Assembly (NCBI GenBank): GCA_905178155.1
Contig: CAJINV010000012.1
Coordinates: forward strand, 1,926,492 to 1,990,491
Source: Amoebophrya sp. A120
Lineage: Eukaryota; Protista; Dinoflagellata
Reading direction: 5' to 3'
DNA length: 64,000 nt
The position numbers were made by a program, and so were the translations under genes. Shown here in pieces: positions 25,001 through 35,700 of this stretch; the first letter of the stretch is position 1, and every line of letters starts with the position of its first letter. The notes under the pieces were generated by a model that was not told the origin of the DNA, searched no databases, and saw only the letters and a program-made list of their open reading frames with translations.

Positions 25001-28000
25001 GCCGTGGCTGTTCTCTCGGTTGCATCCTGTGCAAAAGTATCGCACTCGTAATAATTGCAAATATGCATGACGAATGTTTTTCCTGAGGGAAAACAGCATG
25101 ACAAATTCCACTTTCCTTCTTGCCAAAATTTGTGACGCAATTAATACTAGTACGATGCTTTTGCAATGCATAGGTGGTCTCAGTTTGGTTTTCCTGATTC
25201 TCTTCGCCAGGACGTACACCTGGCGCACCGCCTTCTGGTACTCTTTCAGGTCGCTGTGCATCATGTAGTCCAGCAGCTCCTGCTACTCTTTCCCACCACG
25301 CAGGCAGTTCGCCTGCATTAGCATTACGCCGATCTGCTCTGTTTCTGCGCTGCCTGGAAGACGTGCCTGCTGTTGATGTCGTGCCAGGGCGATTGTTCCG
25401 AGCCGGAGAACGACCGTTATTTTCCTGCTCTTGAGTATGGAAGCGTCAGGTTTGAAATCGTCAAAGTTGAAATAATTTGTAATGCATAAAATGCGATACA
25501 AAAAGCGACTCTATTGCAGAGGACCCACGGGAGGCAGATTATAGTCCTGGTAAGGGTCAAAAGTTGGACTGCTAACAAGCATGCCAGAGGGCAGCTCTTT
25601 TGCCCTAAACCGCATGACAGACTCGCTTCCAGGACCGGGAAAATTTGTCATGCACCGACTACAAACTGTAGGTCCAACTGGTATCCGTTTGATGCATGAC
25701 AAATCATTTCAACTTTGACGATTTCAATCCTGACGTTCCCATATTGAGGGAGCACGCGGTAAAAATCATCAAGGTCGACGGGGGCGGCCCTTCTTGCTGC
25801 CTCTATCAAATGTAAAAATGTCTGGGTCTGGAAGATTCTGAGCCTTGTCATGCACGTTTTGCAGGGGTCATGATGTCTGTGATGCATGCCCTAGCATCAC
25901 AGACTTTTTGAGGGCTTCGCGATGCCTATTCCGCATGACAAATGTCCTCTCCGCGTAGCCAAAATTGCATTCCCTTTGCTGCTCATGCAATACAGATTTT
26001 TTTGGAATCCAAATGCAGCGTCACAAGTTTGGATTCTTCCAGACCCAGACATTTTTACAGTTGATAGCCTCAGCTTGGCGGCGTTCTCGCTCTCGTTGAC
26101 GATCTCGCCGCCGTTGCAGGGTGTTTGCCATAATCTCACGCAGTTGGTCCATCGTCATTCCCTCAAGATCAGCGGCAGTCATCGTAGTACTGGACCGTCT
26201 TGAAGATGTGGTGCTAGTATTACCCCGCTCTACTACTTCCTGGCCGCTTTGATGTTCGTCCACCGGAAGTTCTTCTTCCACAACGTCTTCTGCCTCGCGA
26301 AGACGACCGAGGGATGAATCATGCGCACGCGACGTGTTGGATCGTCCCGAAGCCAATCTCTCCCAGGCGGCGTTGTTCCTCCTCCTCCTCCTTGCCGCAT
26401 CTTCTTCTTCGCCGGCGTGGTCAACACGCCAGGTACTAGAATTTGTGCTTCCCGCAGCGTGTTCATCAGTCTGAGTGCCAGCACGACGAGAACCATCATT
26501 GATCCAAGCACTTCTAGTACGGGGTTGATCCTGATTACCTTCGCGGCGGGCGGGACTCTGCGCCGACGACGGCCCAACATTTTCGTTGTTGTTCTCCCGG
26601 CTGAACATAATATTTTTTGCAGAGTAGAAATCAGCTTTGATATTGAAGCACTGAATATCAAGGAAAAGAAACAGCTACAGCATCTACTTCTACACAACAC
26701 AAATTGACTTCGCATGAGAAGGACAGATGTCCTCTCGCACAAGAAATCGGTCATGTTGAAAAGAAGCAATTACGCAGATCCTCCCGCCCCTGGAGGGAAG
26801 GGAAGTCGTGATAAGGGCCTGGCGCCCAGATGCGCTACCTACCTGAGGTAGACGCGTCAAGTCTCGCAAACTAAGCGGCAGCACGCCGCTGCTCCTGGTG
26901 AGTAATGTAGGGCGGCGCCCGCGGTCCAGCGCGCGCCCCCTCGACCCTGGTGGGCGTTCTCTTCTTGAGGACGAGCCCAGCTCTGGAAGCCGGTGCGCCC
27001 TGTACTATGCTCCTGGCGAGTGAGACGGCGGAGGGCCGTCCGCGTGCTTAACCAGAGCAGCACAGCGCCACACCGCGCCCGACCAGTCCGAGGCGGGCCC
27101 TTTAGTGTGTTGCCGCGTCGTGTGCAAGGAGGCCCGGCATGGCGTGCCCCTCCCGGCGGCCTTGTGCCGTATTGGTGGTTGGAGGCGCGCCGTCGTAAGC
27201 CCTACTGCCCCACGTAGTGCGCAGCACGCAGCCGGCGGCACTTGCCGAAGATTGGCGAAAACGGTGGGGCCTGCGCTATTCTGGAAAGCCTGGGCTGGCA
27301 CCTTACCCCCCTGGCGGGGCCGCAAGACCGTTCCCGGGAGGCGGCGCAAGAGGCGGCGGTGGCTCCGCCTGCGTGAGCCGCCACCGCCACAGCTTGCGCC
27401 CTACATTCTGCCCGTCCGGCAATTGCCGGATGTCCGTGGAGCCGCTCTGGAAGCGCACCTCCCTACGCACGTAGCGTAATTATTCTGTGTTAGTGCGCCC
27501 GGTGTGCACCCTCTGAATAATGCTGCTATAAGGAGCGAGTGCTCGAAGCAGGGCAGCACAGCGCGCCCATTTCCCTTCATGCACGTTGCTCTCCTTCTGC
27601 TTCCACGACTTGAGGCCGTGTGTCGCGTTGAAGGGTTTTGGCACGTCCTGCTCCCACAACCGTGTTGTCAGACGGATCATCGCAAGTATAGCCTGGTCAA
27701 AGAGCGAGCACCGCATCTGTTTGAAACAAGAGCGGGTCAAATACAATACAATACAATTACGCAGATCCATCCGGTATGGTTCTGCTTTATTTCTATGAAT
27801 AGCAAAAATAACATTCTCATTTTTAAGCAAGCAACTTCACCTTCTTTTTCTTTCTCGGATAGTAGCAAGTAGTACCTAGAGCTGGATGCGGCGTTATTTG
27901 TTCCTGTTCGGCTCCGAAGGTCGTTGTGAGCCAGCTCGTTCCTGTTCCATGTAGTGGTCTCGCTATCCCAAATGTACTCGCGCGGAGCGCCGGCTACAAC

Positions 28001-31000
28001 AGCACCTTGATGAACAACGGAAGATGCTGCAGCCATTAAACTCCGGCGATCTTGTATTACAATGAAAAATGCCCCCACCCCCGAACTTGAAAGCATTTGT
28101 ATTGCAAACCTTTCCAAATGAAACATTTGTCCTCTTGCATGTATCAGCATCACAGATTTCCGATCGTGAATAGCAAAAATTTGTATTGCAAAAGATCCCA
28201 GCAAGAGCGGCGCTTGTCATGCAAGCGATGCGAAACACGACTAGAATCTGCATCAGAAAGATTCATTACTCCTTTCATGCATGACAAAAAGTTTTCATTT
28301 GGAAACTTCGCATCACAAATTTTTGCAACTTTGGGGGTGGGGGGCACTTTTCACTGTAATATCTTGGTTCTGGGTAAACCTCCATGCCCGACGCGCCCAG
28401 TCCAGCTCTAGCTCTCGCTCCCTTTGCCTCTCCGCCTCTAGAACTCGCTGTTGGCGCTCCCGAACTGGCGCGGCAAGGAGGCGAGCATCTATCAAAAGGA
28501 AAAATCCCCCCTCCCCACATCAAAACGAAATTTCTGATGCTGGATTTGAGTACACAAATCAGGTTTGTATTGCGGGAAAGCATTGCAGTCAGATCCCCAG
28601 GCTAGGTAGGGGCGTACGCGTCTAGTTGTTCAGCATGGCAAGCGGCTCCCCTTTAGGCCCAACAGCATGACAAATCGCTTCCATAGTGGGGCGGAAGCTT
28701 CTCCTTCTGCCCTTGTCTTCTTGCAATACAAATGTGATTTGCGACCTCAAATCAGCAACACAAATTTGCGGAAACATACCTTTTCGATATGGGGAGGGGG
28801 GATTTTTGCTTTTGATAGCATCTCTGTTCCGCCTCACGGCCGCCGCATCGTCGCCATGCTCCCCCTATGGATTGCAAAAATGTCTGGGTCTGGAAGATTC
28901 TAAACTTGTAATGCTGTCTCTGGATTCTAAAAAAATTTGTATTGCATGACCAGCAAGAGGACTGCAGTTCGTGCTACGCGGAAAGGGCATTTCTCATGCG
29001 GTAGAGGCATCGCAAAGTCCTCGAAAAATCTGTGATGCTAGGGCATGCATCACAGACATCATGGATCATTCAAAATATGCATGACAAACCTCTCAATCTT
29101 CCAGACCCAGACATTTTTACATTTGATACCCCCGCGTTGTGCTCTAGTAGCTGTGCGCGAAGCCGGTCCACCACTCCAACTTGCGCATTGGCCGCGTCTG
29201 CACCAAATTGTTGGAAATAAATATCATAGAGTCCATTTCTTGCAACATTGTGGTTGTCAAACTGGTTAAGAATATTTTGTTCCGGAAATTGAGGGCAGCT
29301 GCATTTGCGGCTTCGGGAGTAGTAGCCCAGAGAGTGCCGATTTGGGTTGGTGGTCGAATTATTTGCCGCAGTGGTTCTTGCGTTTGTCGTCGTACTACTT
29401 GAAGATGTAGTTCCTGCTCTGCCAGTCCCTCTACCTCTGCGGAGCTCGTGCGCAGGAGTAAAGTACTCTTCCCCGCATTCGTAGCAGAACTGGTAGCCGC
29501 ACGTGCAGGTCATGTGGTTGCATCCGGTTGTGCGCTCCACCCACGCATCGCAGCCTCCACACTTCTTCCAGCCATTGCGTTCGCAAGTCTCCCTGACCTC
29601 TCGCTCCATGCGCTCTGCATTCACCCGCGCCGCCTCACATGTCTGGCCCGGATGGGCCGCTCGTTTGCACAACATACACCAGTTTTCGCCGCAGTGAAGG
29701 CACGGAAGCGCTAAGTTGTTTTGGGAAGATGATAGGGACGTTGATGCCCCTGTTGTGGTACTCGTACTATCGTTGTTTCCATCTAGTACTTCATCTTCTG
29801 CGACCACAGCTGCACTACCTTCCTCCTCGGGTTCTAGTACTTTGTGCCTCTCGTGACGCGGAGCGAGCTCGCCAGATGCGGTACTGCTGGTAGCTTCTCC
29901 GTCACTGTTGATATTGGTCGTCGTCGTGGTGTTTCTTCGCTCGTTGAGGTTGTGGTTGACGTTTTCTTCATGGGTAAAAATTTCCACCTCCGCTACGGTT
30001 TCGAGCGGGCTCCTCAGAGGCAACGCCAAGGCTGAATCCGACTGATTTACATAGCTGTTCTTCTCCACGACCATGTCGTCCAGGTCGTGCGGCTCGCCAA
30101 GTTCTTGCGTCGTAATTTTCCTTTTCTTCATGTTTAGGTCACCACGAGAACCCCCACCACCACTACTGCTCGACGAGCTGGAGCTGGAGCTCGACGCTGG
30201 CCTCAGAGGAAAAGATGTGGATGGGTAGTTGTGGTTGTCTTCGGTTTCTAGTACGACCCGGCTATTCGAAATTTGCCACGAGCTACTGCTGCTAGAAGAG
30301 CTGCTGCTAGAAGAACTGCTACTAGAAGAAGACCTTGCGTTCGAAGAAGAAGGGTTTGAGGTAGATGAAGTCTGCTCGGAGTTGCAGATCCCTGTCACAG
30401 GAGAACCACTCCAGCCGGCTTCTTGTTTTGTGGAAAGAAGAACACTCTGACTATCATCGTCTTCTACCACAGGTCTGCAAATCCAGTCGTCTTCCTCTAC
30501 AATTTCATTTCCCTCGCCATCAAGCACCACCTCTAACTTCTTTCCGTCGATGATAAACTTGCCGCAGTTTGGGTTGGGACAGAAAATCTTCTCCTCCGCG
30601 ACCGCTTCTTCAAATTTGTCCATGTAATTCAGAAACTCCGCCGGACTTAAACACTCCCGAACGATCTCCGGCTTCACAAACTGTTTGTGATGTCCCGCCC
30701 CCGGGCAGCATCGGGCGGGGAAGACAACGGGGTCAGCGAAAGACCGCTTCGTATGAATTGCAAAAGTATCGTATTCGTATGCAAGTCTTGCATCACAAAT
30801 TTTTTTCTGAAGGCAAATCAGCATTACAAATTTCATCTCTCATACTGAGGAAATTTGGAATGCATTTATACGAGTATCACACGGCTAAACGCTTCACTTT
30901 TAAAAACTTCACTTGCTAAAAAAAAAATTTTTTTTAGTGAGGTTTGATGCTGTTGCTTACAGCATCGGCAGCTACGTGCCGACGGCGGCGATTGCGGCGC

Positions 31001-32868
31001 CTGCACCTTCTGGATCAATGGAAGGACGACTGGGCCTTGCTTTGGGTGGCAGCGATTGGCTTTTGACTAGTGAAGACGCCACGACATATAATTCTGAGAG
31101 CGAAAGTTCCACAGAGTCTTCAGTTGAGTAAGATGAAAGCAAAAAGCCAACTTTTGTGAGCGAAAAAGTGAAAAAGTCGACGACTTGGAAGTAAAATGAA
31201 TCAAACATCATTTTTTTGAGCGTAGCACCGGCCGAAGAATTCGCAAAAATCCAAAAACTGGCTCCGGGGACATTTGATTCATTTTCGCCGTTTTTGGCCA
31301 CCGTAGAAGCGGCGCGAGCTCTCAAAAGTGAGCACTTTTGAAAATCGTCGAAATGGTGCATCAAAGCGATGCTTTTGCGAAAAGTGCTATGGCTTTGAGG
31401 CATTTCTGGGAAGAACATAGGTGGGATTGTCATTTGATTCACCTCTCAAAGCTGGCCCTTTTTGGTGGCCCGAAAGTGACTCCTTTTTCGAGGCCTTTTG
31501 GGTTGGAGCTTAGGCGTGGCTGACAAACGATTCACCTCCTCGAAGCAGCTGCTTTGCTTTCAGAGATCCAAAAAAACACCAAAAAAAAATTTTTTTTTAA
31601 TGAGTGAAGTTTTTAAGCGTGAAGCGTTTAGCCTTGTGATAACGAGTACGATCTTTTTGCAATTCATACAGCGCGGTCTTCAACAATTCCGTGGTGCAGG
31701 TTTTGCACGCGTAGTGGCCACCGTCGTCGCAGAGTTTTGTCAGCTTCAAGGGTTCATCGACCGTCCGCTGCGGCGGGGAGGATTTCGGGTGGGGGTTCGA
31801 AACAGTAATCGTGGACTCTAGGCAAATGCAGCAAGCCTTAGAGACTTTGGCTTTCGCAGGACGAGCTGATGGAGTTGATGTTGTGTCAACATCTTCTAGG
31901 TCCTCGGCCCAAATAATGGAAGATGTAGTAGCTTTGCTAACTACGCTGGCCGCTGAGGCGGCCGGCGATGCTGAAGACGTTCTGGTAAGGTCTTGAGCTG
32001 TTGAAGTTCTTGTGTTCTCTGTTTCACTTTTACCTTCCCGGTCTACTTCATCGTTTGGTCCTTCTTGCTCGTAAACAACCGCGAATCCGGATTGCGATTG
32101 AGACTGCGGTCGTGCATCCACGGCCTTGCGAGAAGAAGTGCTGTTGATGGCAGTAGTTGTAGTAGTAGATGAGCCACCTGTGGGCTGATGTAGAAGTTGC
32201 TGTTCACGACCTGGCGACGTAATTGAATTTGAATTTCGTTCCTGCTGAGTACTAGTGTAGTTTACATCGTTTTCATTTTCACTAGAGACATCCGCCCATC
32301 TCGGTCGATGATTCTGGTTGAAGTTGTATTCTTCTAGTCGTCGATTTTCTTGCCGGCCCACGCCCACCATTCTCGCGGACGACGACGCTGTTGACCACTG
32401 TGCCCGACTAGTAGAAGCTGACGCTGTAGGACCAACACCTTGATCAGTGTTGTTATTTCTCGTCGTGATTGATGCTGTAGACGTACTGGTGGAAGACGAA
32501 GAAGTTCTAGTTATAGTTTCCTGATTTAGTCTAGTTGTCGCTCCATCTGTCGACGTGGTCCCCGTGGCATTTTCTTCTCTCGGGTCCTCGTTAGCAAACG
32601 TGACCCTCCTGATTCCTCTCGCACCGCCGGTGGTCGTTCTTGCAGAAGTAGTGGTCGTGGTTCTGTTAATACCCGTGCGTCTTGGAGAAGATGCGCTCGC
32701 AGTCGCTGTCGCGTTTCTACTCCTGCTTGGTGTCCATTGTATTGGCTGCTCGTCCTCCACCCCCTGGGCCGGGTGCAAATCCAATTGCGCGGTCCGCATC
32801 CGGCGGTGGTATCTGCGCAACGCAGCACGATGATGCATAGCTTCGGATCGAGCCCGAGCCTGACGCAC
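19015..32868 (-). CDS. Very large RBR-type (RING1-IBR-RING2) E3 ubiquitin ligase with a long low-complexity C-terminal region; may be two genes
   Basis: RING1 CCICLE...CDDGGHYACKTC joins across a nested introner to RSFADPVVFPARCC. IBR FCPNPNC...CLHCGENWCMLCKRAAHPGQTC. RING2 KKCGGCDAWVERTTGCNHMTCTCGYQFCYEC. Segment 22679-19015 is continuous after splicing; the link across 22680-23700 is unresolved. Confidence 0.75.
19227..19488. mobile_element. Introner, family A
   Basis: TGT...ATA, TSD GTCAA. Confidence 0.9.
22089..22241. mobile_element. Introner, family B
   Basis: TAT...ATA, TSD TCTCT; frame restored. Confidence 0.9.
24511..24789. mobile_element. Introner, family J
   Basis: TAT...ATA, TSD CCTCT. 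Confidence 0.85.
24822..24961. mobile_element. Introner, family M (TATC.ACAGAA TIR)
   Basis: TAT...ATA, TSD ACTGC. Confidence 0.85.
25023..25172. mobile_element. Introner, family B
   Basis: CAT...ATA, TSD GGTTG/GGTGG. Confidence 0.85.
25436..25743. mobile_element. Introner, family C
   Basis: TAT...ATA, TSD TTGAG; inverted close copy of 35263-35571. Confidence 0.92.
25804..26066. mobile_element. Introner, family A
   Basis: TAT...ATA, TSD GCCTC. Confidence 0.9.
26601..27875 (-). other. Long canonical GT-AG intron
   Basis: GTACTAC...GTTCAG. Removal gives in-frame AASSS|RENNNE. Confidence 0.65.
26770..27730. mobile_element. Decayed GC-rich insertion, probably a retroelement remnant
   Basis: Abrupt rise in GC inside an intron, broken ORFs, composition like the LINE fragment at 16.4-17.4 kb. 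No diagnostic motif. Confidence 0.4.
28055..28361. mobile_element. Introner, family L (TATTACA.TGAAAA.TGCCCC TIR)
   Basis: TAT...ATA, TSD TCTTG. Confidence 0.9.
28490..28817. mobile_element. Introner, family D
   Basis: TAT...ATA, TSD GCATC. Confidence 0.9.
28866..29128. mobile_element. Introner, family A
   Basis: TAT...ATA, TSD CCCCC. Confidence 0.9.
30752..31668. mobile_element. Introner, family B, carrying a nested insertion
   Basis: TAT...ATA, TSD CTTCG/CAGCG; removal joins LLKTAx|RSFADP within RING1. Confidence 0.88.
30875..31641. mobile_element. Nested 767-bp TIR element with a decayed ORF
   Basis: About 60-bp TIR TATCACA.GGCTAAACGCTTCAC..., TAT...ATA ends, perfect TSD ACGAG taken from the host introner's right TIR. 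Confidence 0.9.
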
Positions 32869-33048
32869 GCCTGGGCTGCTGCTCCTGAAAGAACCAACCG
32901 GGGGGTCTCGGTCGTGCCGGGGCGCTGGGGGGCGGGTTCCGGATCCAGCTCGCTCTTCCCGTTCATCTTCATCCTCAGACGAGAATGTGGTGCTGTTATC
33001 ACTATCGGTCGCAGATGACGAGTACCAAATATAGCCGCCGGGGCGGGG

Positions 33049-33751
33049 GTAGTGAGGTCGTGGGCGTTTTTTTGCCGACCGCCGCCTTGGCCGCGGCTTT
33101 GCTTTTTATGGGCTCGCCATACCGCCGTGAGTAAGGTTATGCCGCACGGTATGGCGGCCACTTGGGAAGCGTCGCAAATTTTGGCACATTTCCAAAATTC
33201 CTTTCCGAAAGCCAGCCCCGATGCTATGGGGCCGATCCGGGTGCCACGGAGGGCGCCCAAAAAGCGAAGAAAAACCGGGCCCATAGCATGCGGATTGGCT
33301 TTGCGCGTCGGGGGCGCTTTTTATTTTTCGCGTTTTTATTTTTCACGTCGGCGCTTTTTGCAAAGCTTCCCAGGCTCTAAAACCGGCGAAAAGGCAACCG
33401 CTTTCGCGGCCGCCCAGAATGCTCCGAAATCGCGGCCGTGCCAGGCTGTTTCGCTGTTCTGATTTTGGGCGTGTTTTTTGCGCGCCCCTTTTTGGGAGCC
33501 CCAAATCGCCAGAAACTAAGGCGGTGGGCGCCTCCGAAGGGCGCCCCTTTTGCCGGCTCTCCTGCGTCGTTTTATCAAGTGCGAATCGATAGATTTCGAC
33601 CGGGCTTGTTTGCTATCAAAGCCCCGGCCGCTTGATAATTGAAAATTTTTTACGTCCAAAAACGCTTCCGCCCGCTTGAAAACTGGCGGCCGTTTTGCTG
33701 TCTGGGTGTCAAAAAAACTCCCCGGTTAGAACCGTTCGGTGACCTCACTAC
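33049..33751. mobile_element. Putative decayed TIR element
   Basis: 11-bp inverted repeat GTAGTGAGGTC / GACCTCACTAC bounds a compositionally distinct segment. No TSD seen. Confidence 0.35.
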
Positions 33752-34169
33752 ATACTATGAGAGTCCAGCTAGTGCACAACAACCAGCCCCTGATTTTGTT
33801 CCCCCCCATACCTATCGATAGTACTGTTGTATATTAACAGCACGAACAGATACAACGAACAGATACAAAGTAGACACCTAACAGGAGGAGGAATGGTGCA
33901 GGAAATTTTTACTTAATGAATTAATACGTGCGAGAACCTGAGCAGACACGGATGAAAATATGATCTGTAGTGCGGGTCCTCGACCTCGCGGGAGGGCTGC
34001 CCTAGCATATGCTGCCGCAAAAGCATGCAAGTTACGACAAGCCGGCAGGGCATCGGCTGGCGCGGTAGTTCATCATCTTGCGCTTTATTCATCGCATTAC
34101 GAGAAGACCACGCAAGATGAGAAGAATACTAAAGTAAGGGGGCGCTCCTGTGCACAAGAACTCTCAACA

Positions 34170-35700
34170 TCTTCATACAGAGCTGCTACTACTGTTGTCT
34201 ACTTCATCAGAGCTCCTGCCTTCGCTCCTGTGGTTGTTGTTCTCGTATGGATGTGTCAGGAGCGAAATCGATAAAGTTGAAACGATGTGTCATGCATAAA
34301 ACGCAACCCACAAAGTGCCTGTCTTGCAGAGTAGGCAAGTGGGACAGATTGCAAGCCTGTTGAGGGGTAGAAATGGAGCTGCCAAACCAGCATGACAAAG
34401 GCTGTCGTCCTTACCGAAACAGCGCGACAAACTGGATTTCGGTTCTACTCAAATTTGGCATGCGTCGCTTGGAAACTGGGTGACAATTGGCATCCAATTT
34501 ATGCATGGCAAATCATTTCAACTTTGATGATTTCGAGCCTGACAGTTCCATATCTCGAGTTCTTGTTGTAAAAAGCCGCCCTCCTCCAGCCGCTCGCGAC
34601 GCAGCAATCCCGAAGAAGTTATCCTGTGCAAAAGTATCGCACTCGTAGTAATTCTAATTGCAATCATGCATTACAAATTTTTTTTCTGAAGCTAAATCCG
34701 CATTACAAATTTTATTTCTCATGCTGGAGAAATTTGTAATGCATTTATACGAGTAGTACGATACTTTTGCTATGCATAGAAGTAGGCTGTCGCTGATCCT
34801 GTTGTAGGCCGCTCTGTTGGAGTTGTTGTCCTTGTCGGCGAGTTGTACTAGCAGGGTTCCGCCGCGGCCCTGCGCGTAGTTGCCGCAACTGTGCAAAGGT
34901 GAGCCGAGGCCGAGGCTGTTGTACTACCCCGGAGGAGGACTGTTCGCCCAGTAGGTCCACCCCGCCCTGCCGCTCTTGCCGCCGCGGTCCGGCATCGTCA
35001 ACTCCCCGGCGTTGCCTTTCCCATTGTTCACGTGCCTGTTGCCGTTGCCGTTCTTCCTGCCGGACCAGGCGCTCTTCGCGGGCGTGCAGCTGTTGGGCAT
35101 ACTGCTCGTCCACGGCGACCTGGCGTTCGCGCCGGACGGCAACCGCTTCCTGCATGCGGCGAAGTCTGACGTCGTGCTCTTTCTGCGCAAGGTCGACGCA
35201 TGGGGACTTCTGCTGTGGCGGGTCGGGAGAGGAAGGATTGGTTGTAGCAGTTGTGCCGCCCATATGGATGTGTCAGGTTTGAAATCGTCAAAGTTGAAAG
35301 AGTTTGTCATGCATAAAACGGACACCAGTTAGACCTACAGTTTGTAGTCGGCGCATGACAAATCTCCCCGGTCCTGGAAGCGAGTCTGTCATGCGGTTTA
35401 GGGCAAAAGAGCTGCCTTCTGTCATGCTAGTTAGCAGTCCAACATTTGACCCTTACCAGGACTATAATCTGCCTCCCGTGGGTCCTCTGCAATAGAGTCA
35501 CTTTTTCTATCGCACTTTATGCATTACAAATATATTTCAACTCTGACGATTTCAAACCTGACGCTTCCATAGCCCATGTCAACGTCGTAGCCCTCCTGCA
35601 GCTCCTCCTGCATCTCGTCGCTGGTCGTATTTGCAGCTGGTGTCGACATCATGTTGCCGCCGAGGTGGACGCTTGTAGTTGATGTGGACGATCCTGGTAC
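34170..35700 (-). CDS. Low-complexity/coiled-coil exons, possibly the 5' part of the RBR gene
   Basis: In frame across three introners: ...EGYDVDMG|GTTATTN...QRQPTS|SGLLRRERLEEGGFLQQELE|NNNH. Confidence 0.55.
34246..34552. mobile_element. Introner, family C
   Basis: TAT...ATA, TSD TCTCG. Confidence 0.9.
34620..34778. mobile_element. Introner, family B
   Basis: TAT...ATA, TSD GAAGT. Confidence 0.9.
35263..35571. mobile_element. Introner, family C
   Basis: TAT...ATA, TSD GCCCA; frame restored. Confidence 0.92.
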
